Shown here piece after piece: positions 1 to 9,929 of a stretch of DNA of 27,164 bases. Numbering within the stretch: position 1 is the first letter of the stretch; each line of letters begins with the position of its first letter. This DNA comes from a virus (lineage: Duplodnaviria; Caudoviricetes): positions 1-27,164 of the IMG/VR virus record IMGVR_UViG_3300049169_000038. One strand, 5' to 3'. A program made the position numbers and the translations under genes. The notes beneath the pieces are model-generated. The model ran no database searches, was not told the origin of the DNA, and was given only the letters and a program-made list of their open reading frames with translations.

Positions 1-905
1 CCTCGGACCTGTTCCGCCAGTACCTGCGCGAAATCGGCCGCATCCCCCTGCTCACCGCGGCCGAGGAGGTCGAACTCGCCCGCCGCGTGGAGGCCGGGCT
101 GTTCGCCGAGGAGCGGCTGCGGCTCGCCCACGACCTGGACAGCCGGCTCGCGGTGGACCTGGACAGGCTGGTCGTCATGGGCCGCATGGCCAAACGGCGC
201 CTCATCGAGGCCAACCTGCGCCTCGTGGTCTCCGTCGCCAAGCGCTACGTCGGCCGCGGCCTGACCATGCTCGACCTGGTCCAGGAGGGCAACCTGGGCC
301 TGATCAGGGCCGTCGAGAAGTTCGACTACGCGCGCGGCTACAAGTTCTCGACGTACGCGACCTGGTGGATCCGGCAGGCCATGTCCCGCGCCCTCGCCGA
401 CCAGGCCCGCACCATCCGCGTCCCGGTCCACGTCGTCGAACTCATCAACCGGGTCGTCCGCGTCCAGCGCCGCATGCTCCAGGAACGCGGCTGCGAACCG
501 ACCCCGGAAGAGGTCGCCGCGCACCTCGACCTGCCGCCGGAGCGGGTCGGCGAGGTCCTCCGCCTCGCCCAGGAACCGGTTTCGCTGCACGCCCCGGTCG
601 GCGAGGAGGAGGACGTGGCGTTCGGCGACCTCATCGAGGACGGCGACGCCACGAGCCCCGTCGAGTCGGCCGCGTTCCTGCTGCTGCGCGAACACCTGGA
701 GGCGGTGCTGTCCACGCTCGGCGAGCGGGAACGCAAGGTGGTCCAGCTCCGCTACGGCCTCGCCGACGGCCGCCCCCGCACCCTGGAGGAAATAGGGCGC
801 CTGTTCGGAGTGACGAGGGAACGCATCCGCCAGATCGAGTCGAAAACCCTGAGCAAGCTCCGCGACCACGCCTACGCGGACCAGCTGAGGGGCTACTTGG
901 ACTGA
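1..905 (+). CDS. hrdA: RNA polymerase principal-like sigma-70 factor, 5'-truncated by the window
   Basis: Frame is open from base 3 ([17 protein letters not shown], region 1.2). Region 2 motifs [36 protein letters not shown]; region 4 [16 protein letters not shown]. The C-terminus [15 protein letters not shown] and the neighbouring ABC/kinase/tRNA genes fit hrdA better than hrdB, from recall. Confidence 0.85.
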   Translation, partial: SDLFRQYLREIGRIPLLTAAEEVELARRVEAGLFAEERLRLAHDLDSRLAVDLDRLVVMGRMAKRRLIEANLRLVVSVAKRYVGRGLTMLDLVQEGNLGLIRAVEKFDYARGYKFSTYATWWIRQAMSRALADQARTIRVPVHVVELINRVVRVQRRMLQERGCEPTPEEVAAHLDLPPERVGEVLRLAQEPVSLHAPVGEEEDVAFGDLIEDGDATSPVESAAFLLLREHLEAVLSTLGERERKVVQLRYGLADGRPRTLEEIGRLFGVTRERIRQIESKTLSKLRDHAYADQLRGYLD

Positions 906-914
906 AGTCCCGGC

Positions 915-995
915 GTGCCGCTGCGACTGCGGTGGCTGCGGGCAGCCGCAGCGGCACCCCGCCGACGCCTGCCCGCAGCGGCACCCCGCCGACGC
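915..995. repeat. Intergenic direct and inverted repeat, likely a bidirectional terminator between convergent genes
   Basis: CCGCAGCGGCACCCCGCCGACGC at 946-968 and 973-995. GTGCCGCTGCG (915-925) is the reverse complement of CGCAGCGGCAC in each copy. Confidence 0.7.
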
Positions 996-1062
996 GGACG
1001 GGCGCTACGGCAACCCCGTCGGCGCGGACGGAGGCAGCGGCCCTCCGGCGCCGGGCCGCGCC

Positions 1063-2991
1063 TCAGTCCACCTCGGCCACGGCCTCCGCGAACTGCGCCT
1101 TGTACAGCCGGGCGTACGCCCCGCCCGCCTCCAGCAACTCGGCGTGCGCGCCCTGCTCCACGATCGCCCCGTTCTCCATCACGAGAATCGTGTCCGCGTC
1201 CCGGATCGTCGACAGCCGGTGCGCGATCACGAACGACGTCCGCCCGTGCGCCAGCTTCGCCATCGCCTTCTGGATCAGCACCTCGGTCCGCGTGTCCACG
1301 GAACTCGTCGCCTCGTCCAGCACCAGGATCACCGGGTCGGACAGGAACGCCCGCGCGATGGTGATGAGCTGCTTCTCACCCGCGCTGACCCCCGTGCCCT
1401 CGTCGTCGATCACGGTGTCGTACCCGTCGGGCAGCGTCCGCACGAACCGGTCGGCGTGCGCGGCCCGCGCCGCCTCCTCGATCTCCCCGCGCGTCACCTC
1501 GCGTGAGGCGCCGTACGCGATGTTCTCCGCGATGGTGCCGCCGAACAGCCAGGTGTCCTGGAGCACCATGCCGATCCGGGCGCGCAGTTCGTCCCGGGAC
1601 ATCCGCGCGATGTCGACGCCGTCGAGGGTGATGCGCCCGCCGGACACCTCGTAGAACCGCATCAGCAGATTGACCAGCGTGGTCTTGCCCGCGCCGGTCG
1701 GTCCGACGATGGCGACGGTCTGCCCCGGCTCGACGGTCAGCGTCAGGTCCTCGATGAGCGGCTTGTCGGGGTCGTACCGGAACGACACGTGCTCCAGCGC
1801 CACCCGCCCGCGCAGCCCGGCCGGCCTCTCGGCCGGCACCGGGTCGGCCGACTGCTCCCCGGCGTCCAGCAGCTCGAAGACCCGCTCGGCCGACGCGACG
1901 CCCGACTGCACGAGGTTCGCCATCGACGCGACCTGCGTCAGCGGCATCGAGAACTGCCGCGAGTACTGGATGAACGCCTGCACGTCACCGATGGACAGCG
2001 CGCCCGAGGCGACCCGCAGACCGCCGACGACCGCGACGAGCACGTAGTTGATGTTCGACACGAACATCATCAGCGGCTGCATGATCCCGCTGTTGAACTG
2101 CGCCCGGAACCCGGCCTCGTACAGCGCCTCGTTCTGCTCGGCGAACTGCCGCGCCGACTCGTCCTGCCGGCCGAACACCTTCACCAGCGCGTGCCCGGTG
2201 TACATCTCCTCGATGTGCGCGTTCAGCGTGCCCGTGGAGCGCCACTGCTGCACGAAGTGCGGCTGCGACCGCTTGCCCACGCGCGTGGCGACGACGAACG
2301 ACAGCGGCACGGTCACCAGCGCGACCAGCGCCAGGATCCAGGAGACGTAGAACATCATGGCGAGCACGCCGATGATGGTCAGCACCGAGTTGATGAGCTG
2401 GCCCATCGACTGCTGGAGCGTCTGCCCGATGTTGTCGATGTCGTTGGTGGCCCGGCTGAGCACCTCGCCGCGCTGCCGCTTGTCGAAGTACGACAGCGGC
2501 AGCCGCGACAGCTTCGTCTGCACGTCCTCGCGCAGCCGGAACATCGTGCGGTTCACGGCCCGGTTCACCAGCCGCGTCGCCACCGCCATCAGCAGACCGG
2601 CGACGAGGAACACGCCCAGCGCGGTCAGCAGGACGTTGCCGACGGCCGTGAAGTCGATGCCCTCGCCCGGCGTGAAGTCCGTGCTGCGGAGCATGTCCGC
2701 GACCTCGCCGTCGCCGCGCTCCCGCATGGCGTCGAGGACCTGCTCCTTGCTCGACCCGGCCGGCATCTCCCGGCCGACGATCCCCGCGAACACCAGGTCG
2801 GTGGCCCGGCCCAGGATCTTCGGCCCCACCACGTTGAGGGCGACGCTGACCACCACGCACACCATCAGCAGCCAGATCGTCGCCCGTTCCGGCCGGAAGT
2901 GCCCGACGAGCCGCCTGCCGGACTCCTTGAAGTTCATCGAGCGCTGATCGGGGCCGCCCCCGGCCATCATCCGCGCCATCGGCCCGGCCAT
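1063..2991 (-). CDS. ABC exporter, fused TMD-NBD subunit (consensus Walker B and switch)
   Basis: TM helices, Walker A GPTGAGKT, signature VSAGEKQ, Walker B LVLDEATS, switch IAHR. Start MAGPM overlaps the upstream stop (TGATG). Confidence 0.93.
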   Translation of the reverse strand: MAGPMARMMAGGGPDQRSMNFKESGRRLVGHFRPERATIWLLMVCVVVSVALNVVGPKILGRATDLVFAGIVGREMPAGSSKEQVLDAMRERGDGEVADMLRSTDFTPGEGIDFTAVGNVLLTALGVFLVAGLLMAVATRLVNRAVNRTMFRLREDVQTKLSRLPLSYFDKRQRGEVLSRATNDIDNIGQTLQQSMGQLINSVLTIIGVLAMMFYVSWILALVALVTVPLSFVVATRVGKRSQPHFVQQWRSTGTLNAHIEEMYTGHALVKVFGRQDESARQFAEQNEALYEAGFRAQFNSGIMQPLMMFVSNINYVLVAVVGGLRVASGALSIGDVQAFIQYSRQFSMPLTQVASMANLVQSGVASAERVFELLDAGEQSADPVPAERPAGLRGRVALEHVSFRYDPDKPLIEDLTLTVEPGQTVAIVGPTGAGKTTLVNLLMRFYEVSGGRITLDGVDIARMSRDELRARIGMVLQDTWLFGGTIAENIAYGASREVTRGEIEEAARAAHADRFVRTLPDGYDTVIDDEGTGVSAGEKQLITIARAFLSDPVILVLDEATSSVDTRTEVLIQKAMAKLAHGRTSFVIAHRLSTIRDADTILVMENGAIVEQGAHAELLEAGGAYARLYKAQFAEAVAEVD

Positions 2992-4724
2992 CAGGCAGCC
3001 TCCGCTTCCGTCAGCTGGGAGAGCACGATCTCCCGGTAGGTCTCGTTGTCCGCCATCAGCTCGTGGTGCCGGCCCGCGCCGACGACCCGGCCCTCGTCCA
3101 GGACGACGATCCGGTCGGCGTCCCGGATGGTCGCCACCCGCTGGGCGACGATCACGACGGTCGCCTCGGCCGTCTCCCGGGCCAGCGCCGCCCGCAGGGC
3201 CGCGTCGGTGGCGTAGTCGAGGGCGGAGAAGGAGTCGTCGAAGAGGTAGATCTCCGGGCGCTGCACCAGGGTTCGGGCGATCGCCAGACGCTGGCGCTGG
3301 CCGCCGGAGACGTTCGTGCCGCCCTGCGCGACCGGCGCGTCGAGCCCGCCCTCCAGGCGCTCCACGAAGTCCCTGGCCTGCGCCACCTCCAGCGCGTGCC
3401 ACAGTTCCTCGTCGGTCGCGTCCGGATTGCCGTACCGCAGGTTGGTCGCGACGGTGCCCGCGAACAGGTACGGCTTCTGCGGCACCAGGCCCACCGTCCG
3501 CGCCAGCAGCTTCGGCTCGATCGTCGCCACGTCCACCCCGTCGACCAGCACCTCGCCGTCGGTCGCGTCGAACAGCCGGGGCACCAGGCCGAGCAGCGTC
3601 GACTTGCCGCTGCCGGTCGAGCCGATGACGGCGGTCGTCTCACCGGGGCGCGCCACCAGGTCGATGTTCCTGAGCACCGGCTCCTCGGCACCCGGGTAGC
3701 GGAAACCGGCCCCGCGGATCTCCAGATGGCCGTGCCGGCGCAGCTCCGTCACGGGTGCCGCCGGCGGCACCACACTGGACGAGGTGTCCAGCACCTCCTG
3801 CACGCGCTCGGCGCACACCTCCGCGCGCGGCACCATCATGAACATGAAGGTGGCCATCATGACGGACATCACAATCTGCATCAGATAGGCGAGGAATGCG
3901 GTCAGGTCGCCGATCTGCATGCCGCCGCTGTCGATGCGGTGCGCCCCGAACCACACCACCGCGATCGACGACAGGTTCACCACCGTCATGACGATCGGGA
4001 ACATCAGCGCGAGCAGGTTCCCGGTGCCCAGCGCCATCCCGGTCAGCTCGGCGTTCGCCCGCCGGAAGCGCTCCTCCTCGTAGGTGTCCCGGACGAAGGC
4101 GCGGATCACCCGGTTGCCGGTGATCTGCTCGCGCAGCACCCGGTTCACCGTGTCCAGCCGCTCCTGCATGGCCCGGAACAGCGGGCGCAGCCGCCGCACG
4201 ATCAGCGTCACGCAGATGCCCAGCACCGGCACCACCGCCATCAGGACCCCGGACAGCGGCACGTCCAGGCCCAGCGCCAGCACGATGCCGCCGACGCACA
4301 TGATCGGCGCCGACACCATCAGCGTGAACGTCATCAGCGCCAGCATCTGGATCTGCTGGACGTCGTTCGTCGTACGGGTGATCAGCGAGGGCGCCCCGAA
4401 GTGGCCGACCTCGCGGGCCGAGAAGGACTGCACCCGGTCGAAGACCGCCGCCCGCAGGTCACGGCCGACCGCGGCGGCGGTGCGGGCGCCGTAGTACACG
4501 GCACCGACGTTGCACACCACCTGCGCCAGCGAGACGCCGATCATCAGGGCGCCGTAGGCGATGATGTGGCCGGTGTCGCCCCTGACGACACCGTTGTCGA
4601 TGATGTCCGCGTTGAGCGTGGGCAGGTAGAGGGTGGCGCAGGTCTGCAGGAACTGCAGCAGCACCAGTACGGCGATGTGTTGTCGGTACGGCCTGAGGAA
4701 GGCCCGCAGGAGTCGTATGAGCAC
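2991..4724 (-). CDS. ABC exporter, fused TMD-NBD subunit (degenerate site); heterodimer partner
   Basis: Walker A GSTGSGKS, signature VSGGQRQ, Walker B YLFDD (E to D), switch VAQR (H to Q), as in TM287/288-type heterodimers. GTG start at 4724 is inferred. Confidence 0.93.
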   Translation of the reverse strand: MLIRLLRAFLRPYRQHIAVLVLLQFLQTCATLYLPTLNADIIDNGVVRGDTGHIIAYGALMIGVSLAQVVCNVGAVYYGARTAAAVGRDLRAAVFDRVQSFSAREVGHFGAPSLITRTTNDVQQIQMLALMTFTLMVSAPIMCVGGIVLALGLDVPLSGVLMAVVPVLGICVTLIVRRLRPLFRAMQERLDTVNRVLREQITGNRVIRAFVRDTYEEERFRRANAELTGMALGTGNLLALMFPIVMTVVNLSSIAVVWFGAHRIDSGGMQIGDLTAFLAYLMQIVMSVMMATFMFMMVPRAEVCAERVQEVLDTSSSVVPPAAPVTELRRHGHLEIRGAGFRYPGAEEPVLRNIDLVARPGETTAVIGSTGSGKSTLLGLVPRLFDATDGEVLVDGVDVATIEPKLLARTVGLVPQKPYLFAGTVATNLRYGNPDATDEELWHALEVAQARDFVERLEGGLDAPVAQGGTNVSGGQRQRLAIARTLVQRPEIYLFDDSFSALDYATDAALRAALARETAEATVVIVAQRVATIRDADRIVVLDEGRVVGAGRHHELMADNETYREIVLSQLTEAEAA

Positions 4725-4858
4725 GCGTGCGTCTCTCGGAGTCGGCAAGAAGGACCGGATGGTTGCCCCTGGCCCCTATCGTCCGGCACTCCCCCCGCGT
4801 TACCTCAACCGATTAACCCAACAGGCGGGTCACTCGCCGTGACGCGACGGCGCCCCGC

Positions 4859-6307
4859 CTACCCGAACGCCCCCGGGTGCGTCTGCTCCCGCACCGACAC
4901 GAACTGCTGGCGGACCGCCTGCCCCACCGCCAGTTCCTCGCCCGGCTCCAGCACCTGCGCGACCGCGCCCTGCCAGACCGGCGGGGTCCGCGGGTCGAGG
5001 GCGCCCTGCGAGACGCCGAGCGCCCAGGCCGCCTGCCGTGCCGCGCCGACCGCGGCGTAGTCGGCGGGCTGCGGCACCACGACCTGCGCCCCGAACAGCG
5101 ACGGCGCCGCAGCCTGCACCGCGGGCAGCTCGGCCGCCGCGCCCAGCAGGAACACCCGCCGCACCTCCACGCCCCGGCCGCGCAGCACGTCCAGCGCGTC
5201 CGCCAGCCCACACAGCATGCCCTCGAAAGCGGCCCGCGCCAGGTGCTCCGGCCGCATCGACTCGCGCCTGAGCCCTGTCAGCGTGCCGGCGGTGTGCGGC
5301 AGCTGCGGAGTCCGCTCGCCCTCCAGATAGGGCAGCAGCACCAGCCCGTGCGCGCCCGGCGTCGACTTCAGCGCCAGCTCGGACAGGCTCTCCAGGTCGG
5401 GCACCCCGAGCAGCTCGGCGGTGCCGCGCAGGGTCCGTACGGCGTTCAGGGTGGTGACGACCGGCAGGTGCATGCCGGTCGCGTCCGCGAGGGAGGTGAT
5501 CATCCCGTGCTGGTCGACCAGCGCCTCCGGGTGCACGGCCATCACCGACCCGGACGCCCCGAGCGACACCACCGCGTCGCCGAGCCCGATCCCCAGACCG
5601 AACGCGGCGGCCTGTGTGTCACCGGTCCCGGCGGAGATCAGCAGACCTTCCGGTGTCGTACCGGCCGCGTCGGCCGGGCCGATCACCTCCGGCAGCACCG
5701 CCTGGTGGCCGAGCGCCAGCTCGACCAGATCGGGACGGTAGGCGCCGGTGGCCGCCGACCAGTAGCCGGTCCCGGAGGCACCGCCCCGGTCCGTGGTCCG
5801 CCGCGCCGGCCGCCCGAGCAACTGCCACACCAGCCAGTCGTGCGCCTGGAGCAGTGCGGCCGTGCGCCGGGCGTTGTCGGGCTCGGTCCGGGCGAGCCAG
5901 CGCAGCTTGGTCACCGGCTGCGCGGCCTGCGGCACGCAGCCCACCGCCTGCGCCCACGCCTCGCGCCCGCCGAGCGCGTCGATCAGGTCGGCCGCGGCGA
6001 CCTGCGTCCGCTTGTCACCGCCGGCCATCGCCGGCCGCACGGTGTTGCCCTGCGCGTCCAGCGGCACGACCGCGTTGGCCTGCGCCGACACACCGATGGC
6101 CTGCACGCCCTCCAGGAGCCCGCCGCCCGCCGCCTCGCCCAGGGACAGCAGCCAGGCCTGCGGATCGACGTCGGAGGGCCGCCCGCCCTCCGGGCTCTCC
6201 AGCGGATGCGGGGCATACCCCTGCCGGAGCACGGCTCCCGTGTCCGCGTCACAGACCACGATCCGAGTGAAATCGGGCGCACTGTCCAGCCCGGCGACTA
6301 TCCCCAT
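4859..6307 (-). CDS. FGGY-family carbohydrate kinase (xylulokinase-like)
   Basis: Motifs GLDS, KLRWL, HDWL, GTGD, SLGASG, LPYLEGERTP, RAAFEG. CAGAAT-N7-ATG suggests a leaderless mRNA. Confidence 0.85.
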   Translation of the reverse strand: MGIVAGLDSAPDFTRIVVCDADTGAVLRQGYAPHPLESPEGGRPSDVDPQAWLLSLGEAAGGGLLEGVQAIGVSAQANAVVPLDAQGNTVRPAMAGGDKRTQVAAADLIDALGGREAWAQAVGCVPQAAQPVTKLRWLARTEPDNARRTAALLQAHDWLVWQLLGRPARRTTDRGGASGTGYWSAATGAYRPDLVELALGHQAVLPEVIGPADAAGTTPEGLLISAGTGDTQAAAFGLGIGLGDAVVSLGASGSVMAVHPEALVDQHGMITSLADATGMHLPVVTTLNAVRTLRGTAELLGVPDLESLSELALKSTPGAHGLVLLPYLEGERTPQLPHTAGTLTGLRRESMRPEHLARAAFEGMLCGLADALDVLRGRGVEVRRVFLLGAAAELPAVQAAAPSLFGAQVVVPQPADYAAVGAARQAAWALGVSQGALDPRTPPVWQGAVAQVLEPGEELAVGQAVRQQFVSVREQTHPGAFG

Positions 6308-6336
6308 GTCCGAAATTCTGCCGTACGCACGGCGGA

Positions 6337-6364
6337 GCCCGCGGCCCGACCGTGGGCCGCGGGC
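6337..6364. terminator. GC-rich hairpin downstream of the small membrane protein gene
   Basis: GCCCGCGGCCC-N6-GGGCCGCGGGC, perfect 11-bp stem. Confidence 0.55.
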
Positions 6365-6392
6365 GTCCGGGTCGTGATCCGCGGGGCGGGTC

Positions 6393-6698
6393 TCAGGTGT
6401 TGCTGCTGCCCCAGTCGTCCTCGCCCGTGCCGTTCACGCTGCGGTCGCGCAGGGTCCGCACCCGCTGGGCGACGGAGTCCGGCACCCGGTCGCCGACCTT
6501 GTGGCTGACGACGTGGTACGCCTTGCCCGCGAACTGCTTGCCCTGCTGGGCGGCGGACTCCGCGGTGTTGCGGACGGCGGGGTTCTGCGCGACGTGCCGA
6601 GCTGACTTCATGAGCTGTTCGTAGCGCTCTCGCCCGGCCCTCGTGCCCAGCACGTATCCCAGAGCGAGTCCGGCGACGAACGTGAGCCGGTAACGCAT
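6393..6698 (-). CDS. Small membrane-anchored protein (YtxH-like)
   Basis: MRYRLTFVAGLALGYVLGTRAGRERYEQL is a conserved actinobacterial N-terminus; purine-rich RBS AAGGGAAGGG upstream. Confidence 0.8.
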   Translation of the reverse strand: MRYRLTFVAGLALGYVLGTRAGRERYEQLMKSARHVAQNPAVRNTAESAAQQGKQFAGKAYHVVSHKVGDRVPDSVAQRVRTLRDRSVNGTGEDDWGSSNT

Positions 6699-6858
6699 GG
6701 CGGCCACCCTTCCCTTGCACAGGTCTCCGGTACGGCGTCGGCGCCGGGGAGTACCGATTGGCGGAGCACCCCCCTGCTTGCGCTAATGTATGTGTCGCAG
6801 CGAGCGCGCGCCCTCTGGCGAATACCCAGACAGCCACGTTCGATGCAGAACGAGGCAT

Positions 6859-6931
6859 TCCTCCGTAGCTCAATTGGCAGAGCAGCCGGCTGTTAACCGG
6901 CAGGTTACTGGTTCGAGTCCAGTCGGGGGAG
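6859..6931 (+). tRNA. tRNA-Asn(GTT)
   Basis: Acceptor TCCTCCG/CGGGGGA, D arm AGCTCAATTGGCAGAGC, anticodon arm GCCGG-CTGTTAA-CCGGC, T loop GGTTCGAGTCC. CCA is not encoded. Confidence 0.97.
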
Positions 6932-6936
6932 CTCGG

Positions 6937-7009
6937 TCCTCCGTAGCTCAATTGGCAGAGCAGCCGGCTGTTAACCGGCAGGTTACTGGTTCGAGTCCAG
7001 TCGGGGGAG
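6937..7009 (+). tRNA. tRNA-Asn(GTT), identical second copy
   Basis: Exact 73-nt duplicate of 6859-6931 after a 5-nt spacer. Confidence 0.97.
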
Positions 7010-7020
7010 CACGCTGAACG

Positions 7021-7043
7021 AGGACCCCGTCGGGGTCCTTTTT
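7021..7043 (+). terminator. Intrinsic terminator of the tRNA-Asn pair
   Basis: AGGACCCC-GTC-GGGGTCCT followed by a T run. Confidence 0.85.
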
Positions 7044-7220
7044 CATGCCCGGTTTCCTGTCCGGTGGAACCACGCGGGCCCCCGGCGCAGTCCTCATGGC
7101 CGTGCGCCTCCGGCCGCGCGCGGCCGACCGAGGCCGTACGAGGCCATCCGAGGCAGGAGATCGTATGAGCGGCTATGCTGCGGCAGACGGCGCGCACACG
7201 TGTACGCGACACGCCGCTAT

Positions 7221-7294
7221 GGGGCGGTAGCTCAGCCGGTTAGAGCAGCGGACTCATAATCCGTCGGCCGTGGGTTCGAGTCCCACCCGCCCCA
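7221..7294 (+). tRNA. tRNA with CAT anticodon (probably Ile2-lysidine; elongator Met not excluded); likely integration target
   Basis: Acceptor GGGGCGG/CCGCCCC plus A, anticodon arm GCGGA-CTCATAA-TCCGT, T loop GGTTCGAGTCC. G1-C72 is paired, so it is not an initiator tRNA. Confidence 0.92.
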
Positions 7295-7334
7295 CTTGGA
7301 CACGCGTTCGAAGAACCGTTGCCACCAGCAATCC

Positions 7335-7370
7335 GAGCGCCCCAACAGGTTTAGACCAGATGGGGCGCTC
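7335..7370. terminator. Hairpin between the tRNA and the integrase stop
   Basis: GAGCGCCCCA-N16-TGGGGCGCTC, 10-bp stem. Confidence 0.6.
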
Positions 7371-8940
7371 AGCCGTTGTCGGCGTCTTGCGTGAGCGGTG
7401 CGTGAGCGGCTGTGTCAGACGGCAGTGGTCGACGGGCACGCGGCACGATGCTCTCGGCGTTCCTCGCCACCTCCTGGTCCACCTGGGGGAGGAGGCTGGT
7501 GTACGTGTCGGATGCTAGCTGGATCGTGCCGTGCCGCAGCGTCTCCTTGATCGCGTGAAGGTCGCCTCCACCCGCATGGATCAGCGTTGCGGCCACGTGG
7601 CGTAGATCACGCAGGTTGATTGGCGGCAACCCGGCCTCCCGGCACAGTCGGCGGAAGACGTCCGAGACCTTTTCCGGGTGCAGCCAGCCGCCGTCCTCGT
7701 CGACGAATACCTTCCCCGTGTCCTGCCAGGGGAGGCCCTTGTCGAGGTACGCCTGGCGCTCGGCCTGCTGCCGAACGCGGTGCTCGGCCAGAACCTGCAG
7801 TGTGGCCGGCCCAAGCGCGATCGTCGCCGCACTGCCCTCCGTCTTCGGGTCGCTCTCCACCGGGGTCCATCCGTCCTGGATGATCGTCTTAGAGACCGTC
7901 AGCTGAGCCTTGGCGAAGTTGATGCCGGACCAGTCCTGGCCGACCGCCTCTCCGCGGCGCAGGCCACGGAACGCGATCAGGTGGAACAAGGCGTACAGCC
8001 GGTCCTGTTCGGCGTGGTCGAGGAACTCACCGACCTGAACCGGCGTCCAGACCATGACCCCTGACGGCTTCTCGCCGGTCTTCTGCCACCGCTCAACATG
8101 CTCAGGCGTCCACAGCACCGCCTTCGGCCGCTTGCCCGAGGCCAGCTCGACGTGCGCGGCCGGATTGAACGTGAGCAGCTGCTGGGAGATCGCCGCGTTG
8201 AGTGCGGACCGCAGCGTCGCCCGGATCCGTTGTTGAGTCGCCGGGCCGGTGACCCGCCTGTACGGGGGGAGCGCGTCCAGCTTCGCGCGCTCCGTGGCCA
8301 GCCGGGCCGTCTCGGACGCCGGCGGCCGTGACCGCTTCCCCCACGTCGCACGCGCCTGCTGCTCGCGCCGCCTCTGGTTCTCCGCCTCGATCGTCTCGTT
8401 CTGGGTGTCGATGGCGTCGAAGAACTCCACCAAGTGACCGACGTTGAGACGGTCGAGGAGGATGTGCCCGAGACCTGGCTTCAAGTGCACACGGATGTGG
8501 GAGCTGTAGCCGTTGAGCGTGGACTTCTTCCGCTTCTTCGACTCCACCCACTCGTCCAGCCAGTCCCCGACCGTCAGCTTCGACGTGAGCGGCTGGCCGG
8601 CGCGGAACCGGCGGCGCGTCTCGGCAAGGTCGGGGAGGGGGGCGTTCTTGTTCTTGCTGACTGTTTCGAGCAGGTCGCCGATTTTCGTCTGTGCTTCCTG
8701 GTCGTCGCCGGGGGCGAGGGCGAGCAGGGCCCGCACCCTGTCGAGGGCTTCCTGGGCGTCCTTGGCGGTGGCGTAGCCGGAGCGGGAGAAGGAGCGCCGG
8801 CCGCCGTCGGCACGCGGCGGGAGCTCCTGCCGTACAGCCCAGACCCCGTGGCGCCGGCTCGACAGCTGCGGGCAGGACTTGCCCAGCGCCCTGCCGTCGC
8901 CGTCCCGGCAGTAACAGCGGCGGTACGTCGAGCCCTTCAT
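7369..8940 (-). CDS. int: Tyrosine recombinase / phage-type integrase
   Basis: TVGDWLDEW and STLNGY core-binding region; catalytic GLRRGE, LRDLRH, LRH, DTYT; RBS AGGAGG; adjacent to a tRNA. Confidence 0.95.
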   Translation of the reverse strand: MKGSTYRRCYCRDGDGRALGKSCPQLSSRRHGVWAVRQELPPRADGGRRSFSRSGYATAKDAQEALDRVRALLALAPGDDQEAQTKIGDLLETVSKNKNAPLPDLAETRRRFRAGQPLTSKLTVGDWLDEWVESKKRKKSTLNGYSSHIRVHLKPGLGHILLDRLNVGHLVEFFDAIDTQNETIEAENQRRREQQARATWGKRSRPPASETARLATERAKLDALPPYRRVTGPATQQRIRATLRSALNAAISQQLLTFNPAAHVELASGKRPKAVLWTPEHVERWQKTGEKPSGVMVWTPVQVGEFLDHAEQDRLYALFHLIAFRGLRRGEAVGQDWSGINFAKAQLTVSKTIIQDGWTPVESDPKTEGSAATIALGPATLQVLAEHRVRQQAERQAYLDKGLPWQDTGKVFVDEDGGWLHPEKVSDVFRRLCREAGLPPINLRDLRHVAATLIHAGGGDLHAIKETLRHGTIQLASDTYTSLLPQVDQEVARNAESIVPRARRPLPSDTAAHAPLTQDADNG

Positions 8941-8954
8941 GAGGAGCCTCCTGG

Positions 8955-9923
8955 CTAGTCCACCAGCTCCGGGAGCTCCCCGCCCAAGGCAGCGAGCCTC
9001 CTACGCAGCGTGTCAGCCAATTCCATCACCTCAAGGTAGTCCTTCTCCCCCTCCTGGAAGTCCGCGGCCATGTCCAACAGATGTTGCAGCTCATCCTGGA
9101 TCTCGCGTCTCTGGCGCTCGTTAGGCAACTCGGCGGCGGGCTTGGCCTGCTTGCCGCGCTCGGCGGGCGCGGTCGGCCTCGCAGCAGCCCGTGCGGCCTC
9201 GTTGGCTGCGGACTCTGCCGGCGGCAGGAACTTCTTGCGGCGTGCAGCCGCGACCCACTTAGCCGCCGTGGAGTGCGGTGCCTTGAAATGGTTCGCTACA
9301 TCCCTGGTCGGCGGCAGGTCCATGTTCTCGGCATACCGATATACCTGTGCCACTTCTCGCAGGAACTCGTCCGTCATCTTGACCCGCTTACGCTTCGGTG
9401 ATGGTGCGCCACGCGCTTCGGCATACGCCTCGGCCGCGTGCGATTGCAGTTTGTCCAGCCACTCCAAGGCAACCTCTGGCCTGCGGCTACGCGTGCCGGG
9501 ACCACTCTCGTAGGCGGTGGGGTCGGTGTCCGGACGGCCCTCTTCCTCTGTGAACTCTGCCAGGTACTGAGTGATGTAGTGGATGCCCAGTCGCTTCCAC
9601 TTGTTGGGGGCAATCACCTTGCGCACGCGCTCATAAACCTCAGGCAGGTCAAAGAACACTGAAGTGGCATGAGCCATGTCCACCTCATCCTCGAAGACCT
9701 GAAAGTCCAAGAACAGGACTGTCGAACCTGCATCAACCCATGGCTGCCCGGAGATGCGGTCGTAGCCCCAGGCGTCTTCCGTCCCGATGACCAAGTGGAA
9801 GAACTCGGGTAGAAGCACCCGACCTACCTGAACCAGTTTCGGCAGGTCGGGGGCGGTGTCTCGAGCGAACCACGGGTAGGCGGCGTAACGCCAGCCGGCA
9901 GGCGGGATCAGGAAGTCGTCCAT
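8955..9923 (-). CDS. Putative regulator with a C-terminal HTH (DUF6214-like), in the repressor position
   Basis: LREVAQVYR..PPTRDVANHFKAPHSTAAKWVAAARRKKFLPP is HTH-like; 14 bp upstream of int. ATG 9923 chosen from a leaderless promoter; AT-richer than its neighbours. Confidence 0.7.
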   Translation of the reverse strand: MDDFLIPPAGWRYAAYPWFARDTAPDLPKLVQVGRVLLPEFFHLVIGTEDAWGYDRISGQPWVDAGSTVLFLDFQVFEDEVDMAHATSVFFDLPEVYERVRKVIAPNKWKRLGIHYITQYLAEFTEEEGRPDTDPTAYESGPGTRSRRPEVALEWLDKLQSHAAEAYAEARGAPSPKRKRVKMTDEFLREVAQVYRYAENMDLPPTRDVANHFKAPHSTAAKWVAAARRKKFLPPAESAANEAARAAARPTAPAERGKQAKPAAELPNERQRREIQDELQHLLDMAADFQEGEKDYLEVMELADTLRRRLAALGGELPELVD

Positions 9924-9929
9924 GTCGCC

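Noticed and set aside
365-6508. Long overlapping ORFs such as 365-1654, 1789-3039, 3063-5060 and 4877-6508
   Set aside because: Shadow frames of real genes in high-GC DNA; Arg/Pro/His-rich with no motifs.
6859-7009. 73-bp tandem duplication as a CRISPR or novel repeat
   Set aside because: Both copies fold as tRNA-Asn; there is no spacer array and no cas gene.
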